Source of the DNA: an uncultured Alphaproteobacteria bacterium
GTDB lineage: Bacteria > Pseudomonadota > Alphaproteobacteria > Rhodobacterales > Rhodobacteraceae
Direction of reading: 5' to 3'
NCBI GenBank assembly: GCA_963776845.1
Contig: CAVZOJ010000002.1
Coordinates: forward strand, 611,979 to 675,978
Length of the DNA stretch: 64,000 bases
Part shown: positions 51,364-62,428 of the stretch, in pieces
Position numbering within the stretch: position 1 is the first letter of the stretch
How the letters are laid out: each line of letters starts with the position of its first letter
The notes under the pieces: model-generated
Database searches by the model: none
What the model was told of the DNA's origin: nothing
What the model saw: only the letters and a program-made list of their open reading frames with translations
Position numbers and translations under genes: made by a program

Positions 51364-51608
51364 CGATCGTGCTCCTGAAGGGGCGTCTGGTTGGGGTCCT
51401 GATAGGGCACGCGCGCGGTGCGTTCAACGCGGGCTCCGGCGCTGTGGGCCGCGCGACGTTGCGCCGGCGGGCCGCGCGGCGGCCGGTGCCGCCGGGCATC
51501 GCCGGTCCGTGCGGCCTGCGGTCAATATGCGGGTCGACACCCGACGCGCCGGCGAGAATGTTGTATAAGGCGAATGATGCATGGGATGCCCAACCATAAG
51601 GTGAGCGG

Positions 51609-52848
51609 ATGAGCCGGCTCCTCGGAGGGCTCGACATCTGCGGGAACGGCGATCGCGCCGGTTTCGTGCTGGACTGCCTGTTGATGGTGCGGCGGCACCT
51701 GCGCATGGAGATCGCCTACCTGGCGGAGATGAAGGACGGCCGCATGATCTTTCGCGCGATCGACGCGCCCGGCCTGGAGGAGCTGGCCGCGCCGGGAGAC
51801 TTCGCACGCGGCCGAGGAGGTGTATTGCCAGCACATCCTCGACGGCAACCTGCCGCGCGCGATCCCGGACACGCGCGCCGTGCCGCTGGCGATGTCGATG
51901 GAGATCACGCACGAGGTGCCGATCGGCTGTCACGTCGGCATCCCGATCCGGCGCGGAGACGGCAGCGTCTACGGCATGTTCTGTGCGCTGAGCAGAGAGC
52001 CGATGCCGTCGCTGAACGAACGCGACGTCGAAGTCGCCGAGATGTTCGCCGAGCTGATCGCCGATCACGTCGACCGGACCATGAGCGCGCAGGAGGTCCG
52101 TGCCGCGATCGCGACGCGGCTTCGCCGGACCATCGACGATGGGCATCTGTCGGCGGTGTTCCAGCCGATCGTCGATCTGGGAGCGGGCAACGCCACGGGG
52201 TTCGAGGCGCTGTCGCGCTTTCCCGGTCACCCCGATCTGGCGCCGGTCACGTGGTTCGACGACGCCGATGAGGTCGGACTGACGGTCGAGCTCGAGATGG
52301 CGGCGATCCACTCGGCTCTCGGGGCGCTGCGGGTCCTGCCGGACGACGTTCATCTGTCGCTCAACGTCTCGCCGGCGACCATCGTCTCGGGCCGGCTCGC
52401 CGAGGCGTTCCAGGGCATTCCGCTGAGGCGCATCGTGCTCGAGGTGACGGAGCATTCCGAGATCTCGGACTACGCGCACGTCCTGGGCATGCTCGCGCCG
52501 CTTCGCAGCAACGGCGCAAGTCTTGCGGTCGACGATTCAGGCGCGGGATCGGCGGGCCTGCGGCAACTGGTGAAGCTCGCGCCCGACATCGTGAAGCTCG
52601 ACCGGTCGCTGACGACCGGCATCGCGAGCGATCCGGCCAAACGGGCGCTGGTGGCGGCGATGGTCCATTTCGCACGCGAGACCGGCGCCGAGGTGACGGC
52701 GGAGGGGATAGAGACCGAGACGGAGCTGGACGTCGTCCGCGGTCTCGGCGTGCACCGCGTCCAAGGATGGTACATCGGCCGTCCGGCGAGCCTCGACGCG
52801 ACGGTGGCGCGGCTGCGTAGTTCCGGTCCGCTGCTGCCGCGAGCGTAG
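51609..52848 (+). pseudogene. GAF-like sensor plus EAL domain protein (c-di-GMP phosphodiesterase), frame broken by a 1-nt insertion at 51801-51802
   Basis: MSRLLGGLD...IFRAIDAPGLEELAAPGD is followed by SHAAEEVYCQHILDGNLPRAIPDT... in the +1 frame. EAL-domain motifs are present: FEALSRF, NVSP, EVTE, DDSGAG, KLD, EGIE, QGW. Length is 3n+1. Confidence 0.85.
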
Positions 52849-53080
52849 ACTGGCCGGCGCTTTCTGGGGCGGAACTCGATGCTCTTCCGCAGCATGGACT
52901 CGCCCTCACGCGGCGACTTTCCGGCCATTCGCGCCCACAAGAGAGACGTGTGGGCCACAAATCTGCCTGATCTTCCACCGTATGCACGTCTGGCAGGCCA
53001 TTGGAGGTATCTCCGGCGTCGATCCTGACTGTATCGTCCCCGGAACGGCCGCAATGCCGTTGCAAGCGAGGAGAGCCAGA

Positions 53081-53518
53081 ATGGCCGGGACAGGAATGAT
53101 CGTCGGACTCGACGGTTCGGAAGCGGGCGAAAGGGCACTGGCCTTCGCCAAGGAAAGGGCGAAGGAGGCAAGCGAAGGGTTGATCATCGTCTTCGTGATC
53201 GAATGGTCCCCCTTCACCTTTCAGACCCCTGAGGAGAACGAGGAGCGTCACAGGCGCCGCGAAGAGGAGCTGTCGATCGCGCACGAGCGCGTGCTGGACC
53301 CGGCGGTGTCGTCGGCCAAGGCCGACGGTCTCGAGGTAGAAGGCATCGTCCGGCACGGCGATCCCGCCGAAATCCTCGAGGAGATCGCGGTCGAAAAAGA
53401 GGCGGCGCATATCATCGTCGCCCGAAGTGCCGGCCGCAGGCTGCGCGATCATTTCTTCGGGTCGGTCAGCAGCCGCCTCGCGGCAATCTCGACGGTTCCC
53501 GTCACCATCGTCCCCTGA
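53081..53518 (+). CDS. universal stress protein (UspA family)
   Basis: ATG 53081 follows GAGGAGAG. Motifs: [17 protein letters not shown]...[34 protein letters not shown]. Confidence 0.85.
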   Translation: MAGTGMIVGLDGSEAGERALAFAKERAKEASEGLIIVFVIEWSPFTFQTPEENEERHRRREEELSIAHERVLDPAVSSAKADGLEVEGIVRHGDPAEILEEIAVEKEAAHIIVARSAGRRLRDHFFGSVSSRLAAISTVPVTIVP

Positions 53519-53537
53519 GAGCAAGGATTCTGAGCCA

Positions 53538-55091
53538 ATGAGATATCTGACGAACGCACTTCTTGCCCTCGTGGCGCTGACGGCGGCCCTGCCGGCCTGG
53601 GCGCAGGAGGAGGTCATGACGCTCGACGACCGGGTGAACGCGATCTTCGCCAACTCCACCGGCTGGTACGTCGCGCTCATCTTCTCGTCGTTTCCCGGCA
53701 CCAACTTCCCGTGGATCGTGGTCTGGCTGGTGGCCGCCGCGATCATCTTCACCGGATACCTCGCCTTCATCCAGTTCTGGGCCTTCGGGCACGCGATCCG
53801 GCTGGTGAAGGGGGACTATTCCGATCCCAACGACGCGGGCGAGGTCAGCCACTTCCAGGCGCTGGCGACGGCGCTGTCGGGCACCGTCGGCCTCGGCAAC
53901 ATCGCGGGCGTCGCGGTGGCGGTCGGCATCGGCGGGCCCGGCGCGACGTTCTGGATGATCATCGCGGGCCTGTGCGGGATGGCGACCAAGTTCGTCGAGT
54001 GCACGCTGGGCGTGAAGTACCGCAACGAGTACCCGGACGGCCACGTCTCGGGCGGACCGATGTACTACATGACCAAGGGCTTTGCCGAGCGCGGCACGGC
54101 CGGCGGCAAGGTCCTGGCCGTGCTCTTCTGCATTTTCTGCATCCTCGGCGCGCTGGGCGGCGGCAACATGTTCCAGGCCAACCAGGCGCATGCGCAGATC
54201 GCGGGCGTCTTCGGCGACTTTCCGGGGTGGATCACCGGCCTCGTCCTGGCGGGGGTCGTCTTCGTCGTCATTGTCGGCGGCATCAAGTCGATCGCCCGCG
54301 TGACCGAGAAGGTGGTGCCGTTCATGGGCATCCTCTACGTGGTCACGGCGCTGCTGATCATCATCATCAACTACCAGCAGATCGGCTGGGCGTTCGGTCA
54401 GATCTTCCAGGGCGCGTTCACCGGGCTGGGAGTGGCCGGCGGTCTGGCCGGTGCGCTGATCCAGGGTTTCCGCCGGGCGGCGTTCTCGAACGAGGCGGGC
54501 ATCGGCTCGGCCGCGATCGCGCACTCCGCCGTGCGGACGAAGGAGCCGGTGACCGAGGGCACCGTCGCGCTGCTGGAGCCGTTCATCGACACCGTGGTGA
54601 TCTGCACGATGACGGCGCTGGTGATCACCATCTCGGGCGTTCTGCAGACGGATCCGGCGACCGGGCTCTACATCGTCGAGGAAGGGGCGATCGTGACCGA
54701 GGGCGGCGTCTCGGGCGTGGCGCTGACGTCGGCGGCCTTTGCGACGGGCCTGTCGTGGTTCCCCTACCTGCTTGTGCTCGCGGTCGTGCTGTTCGCGTTC
54801 TCGACGATGATCTCGTGGTCGTACTACGGGATGAAGGCGTGGACCTACCTCTTCGGCGAGGGGCCGATGCGCGAGCTGACGTTCAAGCTGATCTTCTGCG
54901 TCTTCGTGGTCATCGGCGCCTCGGCGCAGTTGGGCGCGGTGATCGACTTCTCGGACGCGATGCTGTTCACGATGGCGATCGTCAACATCATCGCGCTCTA
55001 CGTTCTGATGCCGATCGTGAAGCGCGAGGTGAACAGCTACTACGGCCGACTGAAGTCGGGCGAAATCCGGCCCTACAAGGCGCGGGCCTGA
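53538..55091 (+). CDS. alanine/glycine:cation symporter (AGCS) family transporter
   Basis: [42 protein letters not shown], and an intact poly-TM body. Confidence 0.9.
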   Translation: MRYLTNALLALVALTAALPAWAQEEVMTLDDRVNAIFANSTGWYVALIFSSFPGTNFPWIVVWLVAAAIIFTGYLAFIQFWAFGHAIRLVKGDYSDPNDAGEVSHFQALATALSGTVGLGNIAGVAVAVGIGGPGATFWMIIAGLCGMATKFVECTLGVKYRNEYPDGHVSGGPMYYMTKGFAERGTAGGKVLAVLFCIFCILGALGGGNMFQANQAHAQIAGVFGDFPGWITGLVLAGVVFVVIVGGIKSIARVTEKVVPFMGILYVVTALLIIIINYQQIGWAFGQIFQGAFTGLGVAGGLAGALIQGFRRAAFSNEAGIGSAAIAHSAVRTKEPVTEGTVALLEPFIDTVVICTMTALVITISGVLQTDPATGLYIVEEGAIVTEGGVSGVALTSAAFATGLSWFPYLLVLAVVLFAFSTMISWSYYGMKAWTYLFGEGPMRELTFKLIFCVFVVIGASAQLGAVIDFSDAMLFTMAIVNIIALYVLMPIVKREVNSYYGRLKSGEIRPYKARA

Positions 55092-55097
55092 GTCACG

Positions 55098-55124
55098 GTG
55101 CGCGGCCCCACGCGGGCCGCGCAC
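55098..55124. terminator. GC-rich hairpin between convergent genes
   Basis: GTGCGCGGCCC-cacgc-GGGCCGCGCAC (11-bp stem) lies between the AGCS stop and the peroxidase stop. No U tract. Confidence 0.4.
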
Positions 55125-55131
55125 GCCCCCG

Positions 55132-56688
55132 TCAGCCGATCGGGTTCACGTCGCCGACGAAGGCGAGAAGGTCGGACATCGTGAAGCGTCCCGGCTCGGC
55201 CGCCGGAAGCTCGGGCATCCAGTCCTGCCGCTGCCAGAGGAAGCTCTCGTGGTCGCCGTGGACGAGGCCGAGGAACGTCTCCGCCACGATGGTGCTGCCG
55301 ACCGGTCCCAGCCGGGTGCCGTCGTGGACGACCATCGCCTCCTTGAGGACGTAGTACCAGAGCGGCGTCGCGTGGTGCAGGCCGTGCGCGGCCGCCGCGG
55401 CGCCGTCCTCGCCGCTTGTGATGTCGTCGGGCGAGAGCGGCGCGATCCCCATGATGGCGGCGACGTCCTGGCCCGAGGGCAGGCCGAGCTGGACGCCGCG
55501 GCGCAGGTTGCGGAAGGCGAGGATGGCGTTGCGGTCTTCCTCTCCCGGCAGCGAGGCGAGCGCGGGCGTCAGGAACGGGTCGATCTTGCGCGACGGGTTC
55601 ATCCTGACGTCGCCCGATCCGGGGAGGTCGTAGAAGCGGCGCCAGTCGATGACCCAGTTCGACGGCAGCGCCTGCTGCGCCGGCACGCCGGACAGCCCGA
55701 CGTCTGAGGGCGCGTCGGCGGCGCCGTCGCCGAGGATGACGCCCGACTTGCCGGTGAAGTCGAAGAGCGCGGCCAGCGTCGCGCGAAAGCTCGCGCCGTC
55801 GTGGAACACGCGGTTGTGGTCGTAGCTCTCGCGGATCATCGAGTGGCCGAGGCGGTACGCGGCGCCGGAGAACTCGGCCGGGATGTAGGGGGTGGTCCTG
55901 AAGCGGTAGAAGCGCCGCCCCTCGTGCTTGATCCGGTGGATCAGGCCGGGCTCGGTGATGCGCTCGACGAAGTCGAAGAGGACGATCCACTGGTAGTGCC
56001 AGCGCACGAGGCGCTGCGCCTCGCCGAAGATCGCGGCCGCGCCGGCGCCCGGCCTCCTGTCGGCGACGAAATCGTAGACGGCGTTGTGGAACTTGAGGAA
56101 AGCGAGGTGGGTCTGCGCGACGAGCAGGTTCTCGTCATTGCGCTCGTCGCCGATCAGCGCGTGGCCCAGACGGTTGCGCGGCAGATCGTTGGGAAGCGCG
56201 GGGATCTCGTCGCCCTCAAGGTCGGAGGAGGTGGAGGTCCTGCCGATCAGCAGCTTGGGGATCGTCCGCCCGCGCGCGTCGCGCTGGTACATGAACGGCG
56301 CCAGCGCCGGGCCGGGACCGTAGATCGAGTCGAGGTCGAGCGCCGGGCTGCGGAAGTTCTGGGTGGCCAGCGGGTCTTTGCTCGACTGGTCGAGCGGCGT
56401 GAGGTCGAGCGTGATGTCGTGGTCGACGAACTGCGCGAGATAGGTATAGCCGGCGGGGACGCCGTGGTTCTCGCCCTCTGGCGACGATGGGCGCGGATCG
56501 GTCATCGCTTGCGCGAGGTCGAGCAGCGCCTCGTCGCTGGCCGTGAGTGCGGGAAGCATCGGGAACATGCGGCCAAACTTTCCCGGATCGCCGTGGCCGC
56601 TGAGCGCCTGCAGCGCCTGGAACGTCATCTCGCGGCTGGCGTGGCCGTGGGCGACACGAACGGGGTCGGGCGAAATCGTCTCGGTCAT
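55132..56688 (-). CDS. haem peroxidase, peroxidase-cyclooxygenase (animal-type) superfamily
   Basis: Distal-His region YLAQFVDHDITLD, GDERNDENLLVAQTHLAFLKFHN, and proximal-His region AAYRLGHSMI. No N-terminal signal peptide. Confidence 0.85.
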   Translation of the reverse strand: MTETISPDPVRVAHGHASREMTFQALQALSGHGDPGKFGRMFPMLPALTASDEALLDLAQAMTDPRPSSPEGENHGVPAGYTYLAQFVDHDITLDLTPLDQSSKDPLATQNFRSPALDLDSIYGPGPALAPFMYQRDARGRTIPKLLIGRTSTSSDLEGDEIPALPNDLPRNRLGHALIGDERNDENLLVAQTHLAFLKFHNAVYDFVADRRPGAGAAAIFGEAQRLVRWHYQWIVLFDFVERITEPGLIHRIKHEGRRFYRFRTTPYIPAEFSGAAYRLGHSMIRESYDHNRVFHDGASFRATLAALFDFTGKSGVILGDGAADAPSDVGLSGVPAQQALPSNWVIDWRRFYDLPGSGDVRMNPSRKIDPFLTPALASLPGEEDRNAILAFRNLRRGVQLGLPSGQDVAAIMGIAPLSPDDITSGEDGAAAAAHGLHHATPLWYYVLKEAMVVHDGTRLGPVGSTIVAETFLGLVHGDHESFLWQRQDWMPELPAAEPGRFTMSDLLAFVGDVNPIG

Positions 56689-57063
56689 CGAAAGCTCCCT
56701 CGCAGAGCGCTGGTCACGAAAGTCTCGCGAGGCTAGCTCGATTCCCGGACCGTCCCGCTTTCGGTGGCAGGAGCGTCCGGTCGATCGACACGGTGAGGGC
56801 GGGCGGCGACGCGGCCCGGGATTGGACTTGTTTGATCTGGCGCTCGCCGACGGCTCGGAGCCATTGGCGAACGCGGCGGTAATGCGGTCGTCCAGCCGCT
56901 GCAGCCGGGGGTCCGCGGAACGAGCCTACCTGACCCCGGAATGGCGGGCGCGACAGGAGCCTTGCTGCGCCCTGCGCCGAAACATCCGGCACAGGGGACC
57001 GAGTTGCTTCAGAGGAAGCGCAAGGACAGGCGGTCTACTGGCCGGTCTCCCTGCGCCCTCCGT

Positions 57064-58887
57064 TCATTCGCCGAGCGCGATGCCCTCGCGACGCGGATCC
57101 GCCCCGCCGGTGAGGGTGCCGTCCTCGCCGATGGCGATGGCGTGCAGGCCCGAGGTCAGGTCGCGCACCTCGGTCTCGTAGCCGATCTCCTGCAGCGGCC
57201 CTTCGAGCTCGGTCGCGCTGGTGCCCTCCTCGATGTCGTAGGTGCCGAAGCGGTTGACGAGGTGCGGCGCGGCGACCGCCTCCTGCACGTCCATGCCGAA
57301 GTCGACCCAGTTGATGATGCCCTGCGCGACGTAGCCGATGATGCGGCTGCCACCGGGCGAGCCGATCACCAGCACCGGCGCGCCGTCCTGCATCACGATG
57401 GTCGGCGACATCGACGAGCGGGGGCGCTTGCCGGGCTCGACCCGGTTCGCGATCGGCACGCCCTCCTCGTGGCTCTCGAAGGAGAAGTCCGTCAGCTCGT
57501 TATTGAGCAGGAAGCCGTTGGTGAAGAGGCGCGAGCCGAAGCCCTGCTCGATCGTCGTGGTCATCGACAGCGCGTTGCCCTCGGCGTCGACGATCGAGAT
57601 GTGGCTGGTCGAGGGAAACTCGATCGACTGGTCGTCGGCGTAGTTCACGGCATGATCCCACTCGGGGTCACCGGCCGAGACCTCGGGCAGGGCATCGTCG
57701 CCCTGCAACAGCTCGGCGCGGCTTGAAAGGTAGGACGGGGCGACCAGCCCCTCGGTCGGCATCGGGACGAAGTCGCTGTCGGCCATGTACCGCCCGCGGT
57801 CTGCGAAGGCGAGGCGCGAGGCGTCGCCGATCAGGCGCCATGTCTCCGCCGCATCGGCGCCGTTCCTCGCGAGGTCGTAGCTGTCGAGCATGCCGAGGAT
57901 CTGGCCGACCGTCAGCGCGCCGGAGGAGGGCGGGCCCATGCCGCAGACCTCGTGCGCGCGGTAGGTCGCGCAGACGGCGGGCCGCTCGACCACGTCGTAG
58001 AGCGCCAGGTCGACGAGGCTCAGGAGCCCCGCGTTGAAGTCTTCGCCCTCGACGGTGCCGCGCACGGTGTCGACGATGTCCTGCGCGATGGCGCCGGTGT
58101 AGAATGCGCGCACGCCCTCCTCGCCGAGGCGGCGCAGCGTGTCCGCGTAGGGCTGGTTGGTGACGGTCTCGCCCGCCTGCAGCGGCTCGCCATCGGGATA
58201 GAAGTAGCCGGCCGCGGATTGCGAGCTGGGCAGCCGATCCTCCGGTTCCTCGGCGAGCAGGCTCGCGAGGCGGGGGGAGACGACGAAGCCGTCTTCGGCG
58301 AGGCCGATGGCGTCCTCGAACAGCGTCGCCCAGTCCTGATTGCCCCAGCGCGCATGTGCCTCGGACATCAGCATCGGCGTGCCGGGCGTGCCGACCGAGC
58401 GGCCGCCGACGACGGCGTCGAAGAACTCCAGCGGTTCGCCGTTCTCGTCCAGGAAGTAGGTCGGCGTCGCCTCGATCGGCGCCGTCTCGCGGCCGTCGAG
58501 CGTGGTCAGCTCGCCGCTCTCGGCATCGTACCAGACCAGGAACGCGCCGCCGCCGAGACCCGAGGATTGCGGCTCGACCAGCCCGAGGACCGTCTGCACG
58601 GCGACCATGGCGTCGGCGGCCGTACCGCCGGCACGCAGGATCTTGGCGCCGGCCTCGACCGCGAGCGGGTTGGCGGCGGCGACCATCCAGTCCTGCGCCG
58701 TCACCGGCTCCCCGGCCATCTTGGCCTCGAGCGCGGCGCGCGCGGCGTCCGAGAGGCCGGCGAAGGCATCGGCCTCGACCGCGCCCGCGGCTTCGGGGTC
58801 GACGGCGTCGGTGGCCTGCTGGGCGGCCGCGGCGCCAGCCAACAGCATGGCAAGTAGCGTCGCGGAGGCGAGCGGCGGCGTGTGCAT
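57064..58887 (-). CDS. ggt: gamma-glutamyltransferase (periplasmic)
   Basis: Inner ATG 58887 follows AGGGAGA, then a signal peptide. Motifs: [12 protein letters not shown], nucleophile region [31 protein letters not shown]. The upstream part of ORF 57064..59262 is discarded. Confidence 0.9.
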   Translation of the reverse strand: MHTPPLASATLLAMLLAGAAAAQQATDAVDPEAAGAVEADAFAGLSDAARAALEAKMAGEPVTAQDWMVAAANPLAVEAGAKILRAGGTAADAMVAVQTVLGLVEPQSSGLGGGAFLVWYDAESGELTTLDGRETAPIEATPTYFLDENGEPLEFFDAVVGGRSVGTPGTPMLMSEAHARWGNQDWATLFEDAIGLAEDGFVVSPRLASLLAEEPEDRLPSSQSAAGYFYPDGEPLQAGETVTNQPYADTLRRLGEEGVRAFYTGAIAQDIVDTVRGTVEGEDFNAGLLSLVDLALYDVVERPAVCATYRAHEVCGMGPPSSGALTVGQILGMLDSYDLARNGADAAETWRLIGDASRLAFADRGRYMADSDFVPMPTEGLVAPSYLSSRAELLQGDDALPEVSAGDPEWDHAVNYADDQSIEFPSTSHISIVDAEGNALSMTTTIEQGFGSRLFTNGFLLNNELTDFSFESHEEGVPIANRVEPGKRPRSSMSPTIVMQDGAPVLVIGSPGGSRIIGYVAQGIINWVDFGMDVQEAVAAPHLVNRFGTYDIEEGTSATELEGPLQEIGYETEVRDLTSGLHAIAIGEDGTLTGGADPRREGIALGE

Positions 58888-59008
58888 GGCGGATCTCCCT
58901 ATGGCTGCGATGCGATCATGGACGACATGCCAGCGGGTGCAAGGGCGGCTGCGGCTGGACCCCGCCCGGCGCCTCTGCCACGGTCGCGCGAACGGCGACG
59001 GGGGGCGG

Positions 59009-59608
59009 ATGCTCGGACCATACGTGCGGGCAGGGCAGGCGGTCGGCCTTCTCGGCGGGTCGTTCGATCCGCCGCATGGAGGCCACGTGGCGCTGACGCT
59101 GGCGGCGCTCAAGCGCTTCCGCCTCGACCGCGTCTGGTGGCTGGTGAGCCCCGGCAACCCGCTGAAGACGCGGGGTCCGGCACCGCTCGACCGGCGCATG
59201 GCGGCGTCGCGCGCGCTGATCGACCATCCCAGGGTGGCCGTGACGGATCTCGAGACGCGCATCGGGACGCGCTACACGGCCGAGACACTGCGGCTGCTGC
59301 GGGCGCGGCACCCGGGTGTCAGGTTCGTCTGGCTGATGGGCGCGGACAACCTGGCCTCGTTCCACCGGTGGGACGACTGGCCGTCGATCTTGCGATCGGT
59401 GCCCGTGGGTGTGCTGGCGCGACCGGGTATGGGGCTGCGGGCGGGTCTCTCTCCCGCCGCGCGGCGGTTCCGCCGCGCCCGCCTGCCGGAGGCTGCGGCA
59501 CCGCTGCTGGCGCGGGCCGATCCGCCGGCCTGGTGCTTTGTCCGGATGCCGATGGAAGAAGCCTCCTCGTCGGCGATTCGCGAGAGGGGCGAGTGGCCTG
59601 CACGCTAG
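59009..59608 (+). CDS. nadD: nicotinate-nucleotide adenylyltransferase
   Basis: Inner ATG 59009 ([26 protein letters not shown]...[10 protein letters not shown]...SSSAIR). Confidence 0.85.
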   Translation: MLGPYVRAGQAVGLLGGSFDPPHGGHVALTLAALKRFRLDRVWWLVSPGNPLKTRGPAPLDRRMAASRALIDHPRVAVTDLETRIGTRYTAETLRLLRARHPGVRFVWLMGADNLASFHRWDDWPSILRSVPVGVLARPGMGLRAGLSPAARRFRRARLPEAAAPLLARADPPAWCFVRMPMEEASSSAIRERGEWPAR

Positions 59609-59667
59609 CTAACCATTGCGTGAGCGTCGGCTTGCCGGATCGGGTCGGCTGGCGCTAGACCCTACGC

Positions 59668-61131
59668 ATGACCGAAATGATCACGACACGGCGCTGGGTG
59701 CTGCGCGCGCTGGCGGCGGGCATGGCGAGCCCGGCGCTCGCCGACGCGCCTGCCGTCTCGCTTCGGCCGCCGCGCCGTCCGGCCCGGCTCGGGCCGCCAC
59801 CGGCGGCGGAGGTCGTCTCCGCGTTCGGGCTGCGCGGCGACGTCAGCTTTGCCGTCGCCGACGTCCGCAGCGGCAAGATAGTGGAGGTCCTGCGCCCGCT
59901 CCTGCGCCAGCCGCCGGCGAGCACGGCGAAGGCGCTGACCTCGCTCTACGCGCTCGACCGGCTGGGGCCGGCCCACCGGTTCGCGACGCGGCTGGTGGCG
60001 ACGGGGCCGGTGACCGACGGCAGGCTCGAGGGCGACCTGGTCCTGGTCGGCGGCGGCGACCCGACGCTCGACACCGACGGGCTCGGCAAGCTTGCCGCGG
60101 CGCTCAAGGATGCCGGCGTGCGCGAGGTGGCGGGACGCTTCGCGGTCTGGAAGGGGCAACTGCCCATGATCGCCGAGATCGACCCCGAGCAGCCGCCGCA
60201 CGTCGGCTACAATCCCGCGGTCGGCGGGCTCAACCTCAACTACAACCGCGTCCATTTCGAGTGGGTGCGCGGCGCCGATGGCTACGAGGTCAAGATGGAC
60301 GCGCGCACCGCGTCCTTCAGTCCGCGGGTGGCGACCTCGCGGATGCGCGTCGTCGACCGCTCGCTGCCGGTCTACACCTACGAGCGTGGCGACGGCGTCG
60401 ACGAATGGACCGTGGCGCGCCGGGCGCTGGGTGGCGGCGGCGCGCGCTGGCTGCCGGTTCGCCGCCCCGATCTCTATGCGGCCGAGGTGTTCCAGATCCT
60501 CGCGCGATCGAACGGCATCGTTCTCGACGACGTCATCGTGCTCGACACGCCTCCGCAGGGGGCCGAGATCGCGCGCCACGAGAGCACGAACCTCGTGCCG
60601 ATCCTGCGGGACATGCTGCGGTACTCGACAAATCTCACGGCCGAGGTGATCGGCCTCGATGCGAGTGCCGCCGCGGGAGGTGTGCCGGAGACACTGGAGG
60701 AATTGGCGCAGCGGATGAACGACTGGATCGGCGGCGAGCTTGGCGGCCGTCAGCCCGGCCTCGTCGACCACTCGGGCCTGAGCGGCGAGTCCCGCATCTC
60801 GGCGGTCGACATGGTCAATACCCTGATCCGCCTCGGGTCAGAGGCGCCCCTCGCGCCGTTGCTGAAGACGTTTCCGGTCACGGATGCGCCGGTGCCGCTC
60901 TCGGTCTCGGCCAAGACTGGCACGCTGAACTTCGTCAGCGCGCTGACGGGATACCTGACCGCACCCTCGGGACGGGAGCTGGCGTTCGCCATCCTGACCT
61001 CTGACCTGGAACGCCGGAGCGCCCTGAGCGAGGCCGAGCGGGAGCGTCCGCCGGGCGGACGCGAATGGGCGGGCGCCTCGCGTGCCCTGCAGAAGCGGCT
61101 GCTCGCGAACTGGGCCGTCGTCCACGCCTGA
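59668..61131 (+). CDS. dacB: D-alanyl-D-alanine carboxypeptidase/endopeptidase (PBP4, peptidase S13)
   Basis: Tat-like TRRWVL signal. Active-site motifs STAK and KTGT, with HSGLS in the SxN region. Confidence 0.85.
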   Translation: MTEMITTRRWVLRALAAGMASPALADAPAVSLRPPRRPARLGPPPAAEVVSAFGLRGDVSFAVADVRSGKIVEVLRPLLRQPPASTAKALTSLYALDRLGPAHRFATRLVATGPVTDGRLEGDLVLVGGGDPTLDTDGLGKLAAALKDAGVREVAGRFAVWKGQLPMIAEIDPEQPPHVGYNPAVGGLNLNYNRVHFEWVRGADGYEVKMDARTASFSPRVATSRMRVVDRSLPVYTYERGDGVDEWTVARRALGGGGARWLPVRRPDLYAAEVFQILARSNGIVLDDVIVLDTPPQGAEIARHESTNLVPILRDMLRYSTNLTAEVIGLDASAAAGGVPETLEELAQRMNDWIGGELGGRQPGLVDHSGLSGESRISAVDMVNTLIRLGSEAPLAPLLKTFPVTDAPVPLSVSAKTGTLNFVSALTGYLTAPSGRELAFAILTSDLERRSALSEAERERPPGGREWAGASRALQKRLLANWAVVHA

Positions 61132-61227
61132 TCGGGGCCTCGACGTTCGTCCTCTCGCCGCCGTCCACGCCTCGACCCACGATCGGCTTGCGACGATGCT
61201 GCCTCGGAGGCGACGCATGGCACGACG

Positions 61228-62259
61228 TCAGCCGTCGAGTTGCCGACCCTCGGCGTCGAAGAAGTGCAAGTCGGCGGGGTCGCAGGCGAGCACGACGCGC
61301 GCGCCCGCCTCGAGGGTCGGCTGGCCCTGCAGGACGGCGAGCACACGCTGACCGTTCGCGGTCTCCCCGTGCACCACCGTCTCGGCGCCGAGCGACTCGA
61401 CCAGAACGACGGACGTCTCCAGCGTCTCGCTCTCGCCCGGCGCCGCAAGATGCAGGTGCTGGGGACGGATGCCGACGGTGGTGTCGGGGCCGGCGCCCGG
61501 CGGCTGTTGCTCGACATGCATCAGGCCGACCGGCAGAAAGTTCATATTGGGCGCGCCGATGAAGCCCGCGACGAAGCGGTTGGCGGGCCGGTTGAAGAGT
61601 TCGAGCGGCGTTGCCACCTGCTCGATCCGGCCGTCGCGCAGGACGACGATGCGGTCGGCGAGCGTCATCGCCTCGATCTGGTCGTGGGTGACGTAGATCA
61701 TCGTCGTGCCGAGGCGGTCGTGGAGGCTGGCGAGTTCCGCCCGCATCGACACGCGGAGCTCGGCATCGAGGTTCGAGAGAGGCTCGTCGAGGAGGAAGGC
61801 CGAGGGCTCGCGGACGATGGCGCGGCCGATGGCGACGCGCTGGCGTTGCCCGCCCGAGAGCTGGCCGGGGCGGCGGTCGAGCAGCTCGCCGATCTCGAGC
61901 ATCCGCGCGGCGCCCTCGATCCGATCGCGGATCTCGGCCTTGGGCATGCGCGTGTTCTCCAGCCCGAAGGCCATGTTCTGCCGCACGCTCATATGCGGGT
62001 AGAGCGCGTAGGACTGGAACACCATCGCGAGGCCGCGGTCGGCGGCACTGACGCGGGTGACGTCGCGGCCGTCGATCTCGATGGTGCCCGAGGTCGGCCG
62101 GTCGAGGCCGGAGATCAGCCGCAGCAGCGTGGACTTGCCGCAGCCGGAGGGGCCGACGAAGACAACGAGCTCGCCATCGTCGACCTGCAGCGAGACGTCG
62201 TGGATCACCTCGGTCTGGCCGAACCGCTTGACGATGCCGGAGAGCGTGATGCGTGCCAT
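61228..62259 (-). CDS. sugar ABC transporter ATP-binding protein (UgpC/MalK family), second copy
   Basis: Inner ATG 62259 (MARITLSGIVKRFGQ...). Motifs: GPSGCGKSTLLRLISGL, LSGGQRQRVAIGRAIV, LLDEPLSNLDA. Confidence 0.9.
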   Translation of the reverse strand: MARITLSGIVKRFGQTEVIHDVSLQVDDGELVVFVGPSGCGKSTLLRLISGLDRPTSGTIEIDGRDVTRVSAADRGLAMVFQSYALYPHMSVRQNMAFGLENTRMPKAEIRDRIEGAARMLEIGELLDRRPGQLSGGQRQRVAIGRAIVREPSAFLLDEPLSNLDAELRVSMRAELASLHDRLGTTMIYVTHDQIEAMTLADRIVVLRDGRIEQVATPLELFNRPANRFVAGFIGAPNMNFLPVGLMHVEQQPPGAGPDTTVGIRPQHLHLAAPGESETLETSVVLVESLGAETVVHGETANGQRVLAVLQGQPTLEAGARVVLACDPADLHFFDAEGRQLDG

Positions 62260-62354
62260 CAGCCGGCACCTCGGCGGACGGAGCGCCTTTGCGCTCCGAC
62301 GGTCGTTCTCCCCGGCTGGCGCCGGGGCCCCTGCGCGCCTGTTGGCGCGCGTTT

Positions 62355-62392
62355 CCCCCACCCCCCTTCCCCCCGCCCCGGGGGGCGGGGGA
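62355..62392 (-). other. G-quadruplex-type tract (GGGG-C-GGGGGG-AA-GGGGGG-T-GGGGG on the mRNA-sense strand) overlapping a GC hairpin, in the permease-to-ATPase spacer
   Basis: The plus strand reads CCCCC-A-CCCCCC-TT-CCCCCC-G-CCCC at 62355-62379, immediately followed by GGGGGG-C-GGGGG at 62380-62391. That second tract can instead pair with the preceding C runs. Confidence 0.7.
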
Positions 62393-62428
62393 ACCTGCCC
62401 GATAGGGAGTGTCGCGCGCGACTGGCGG

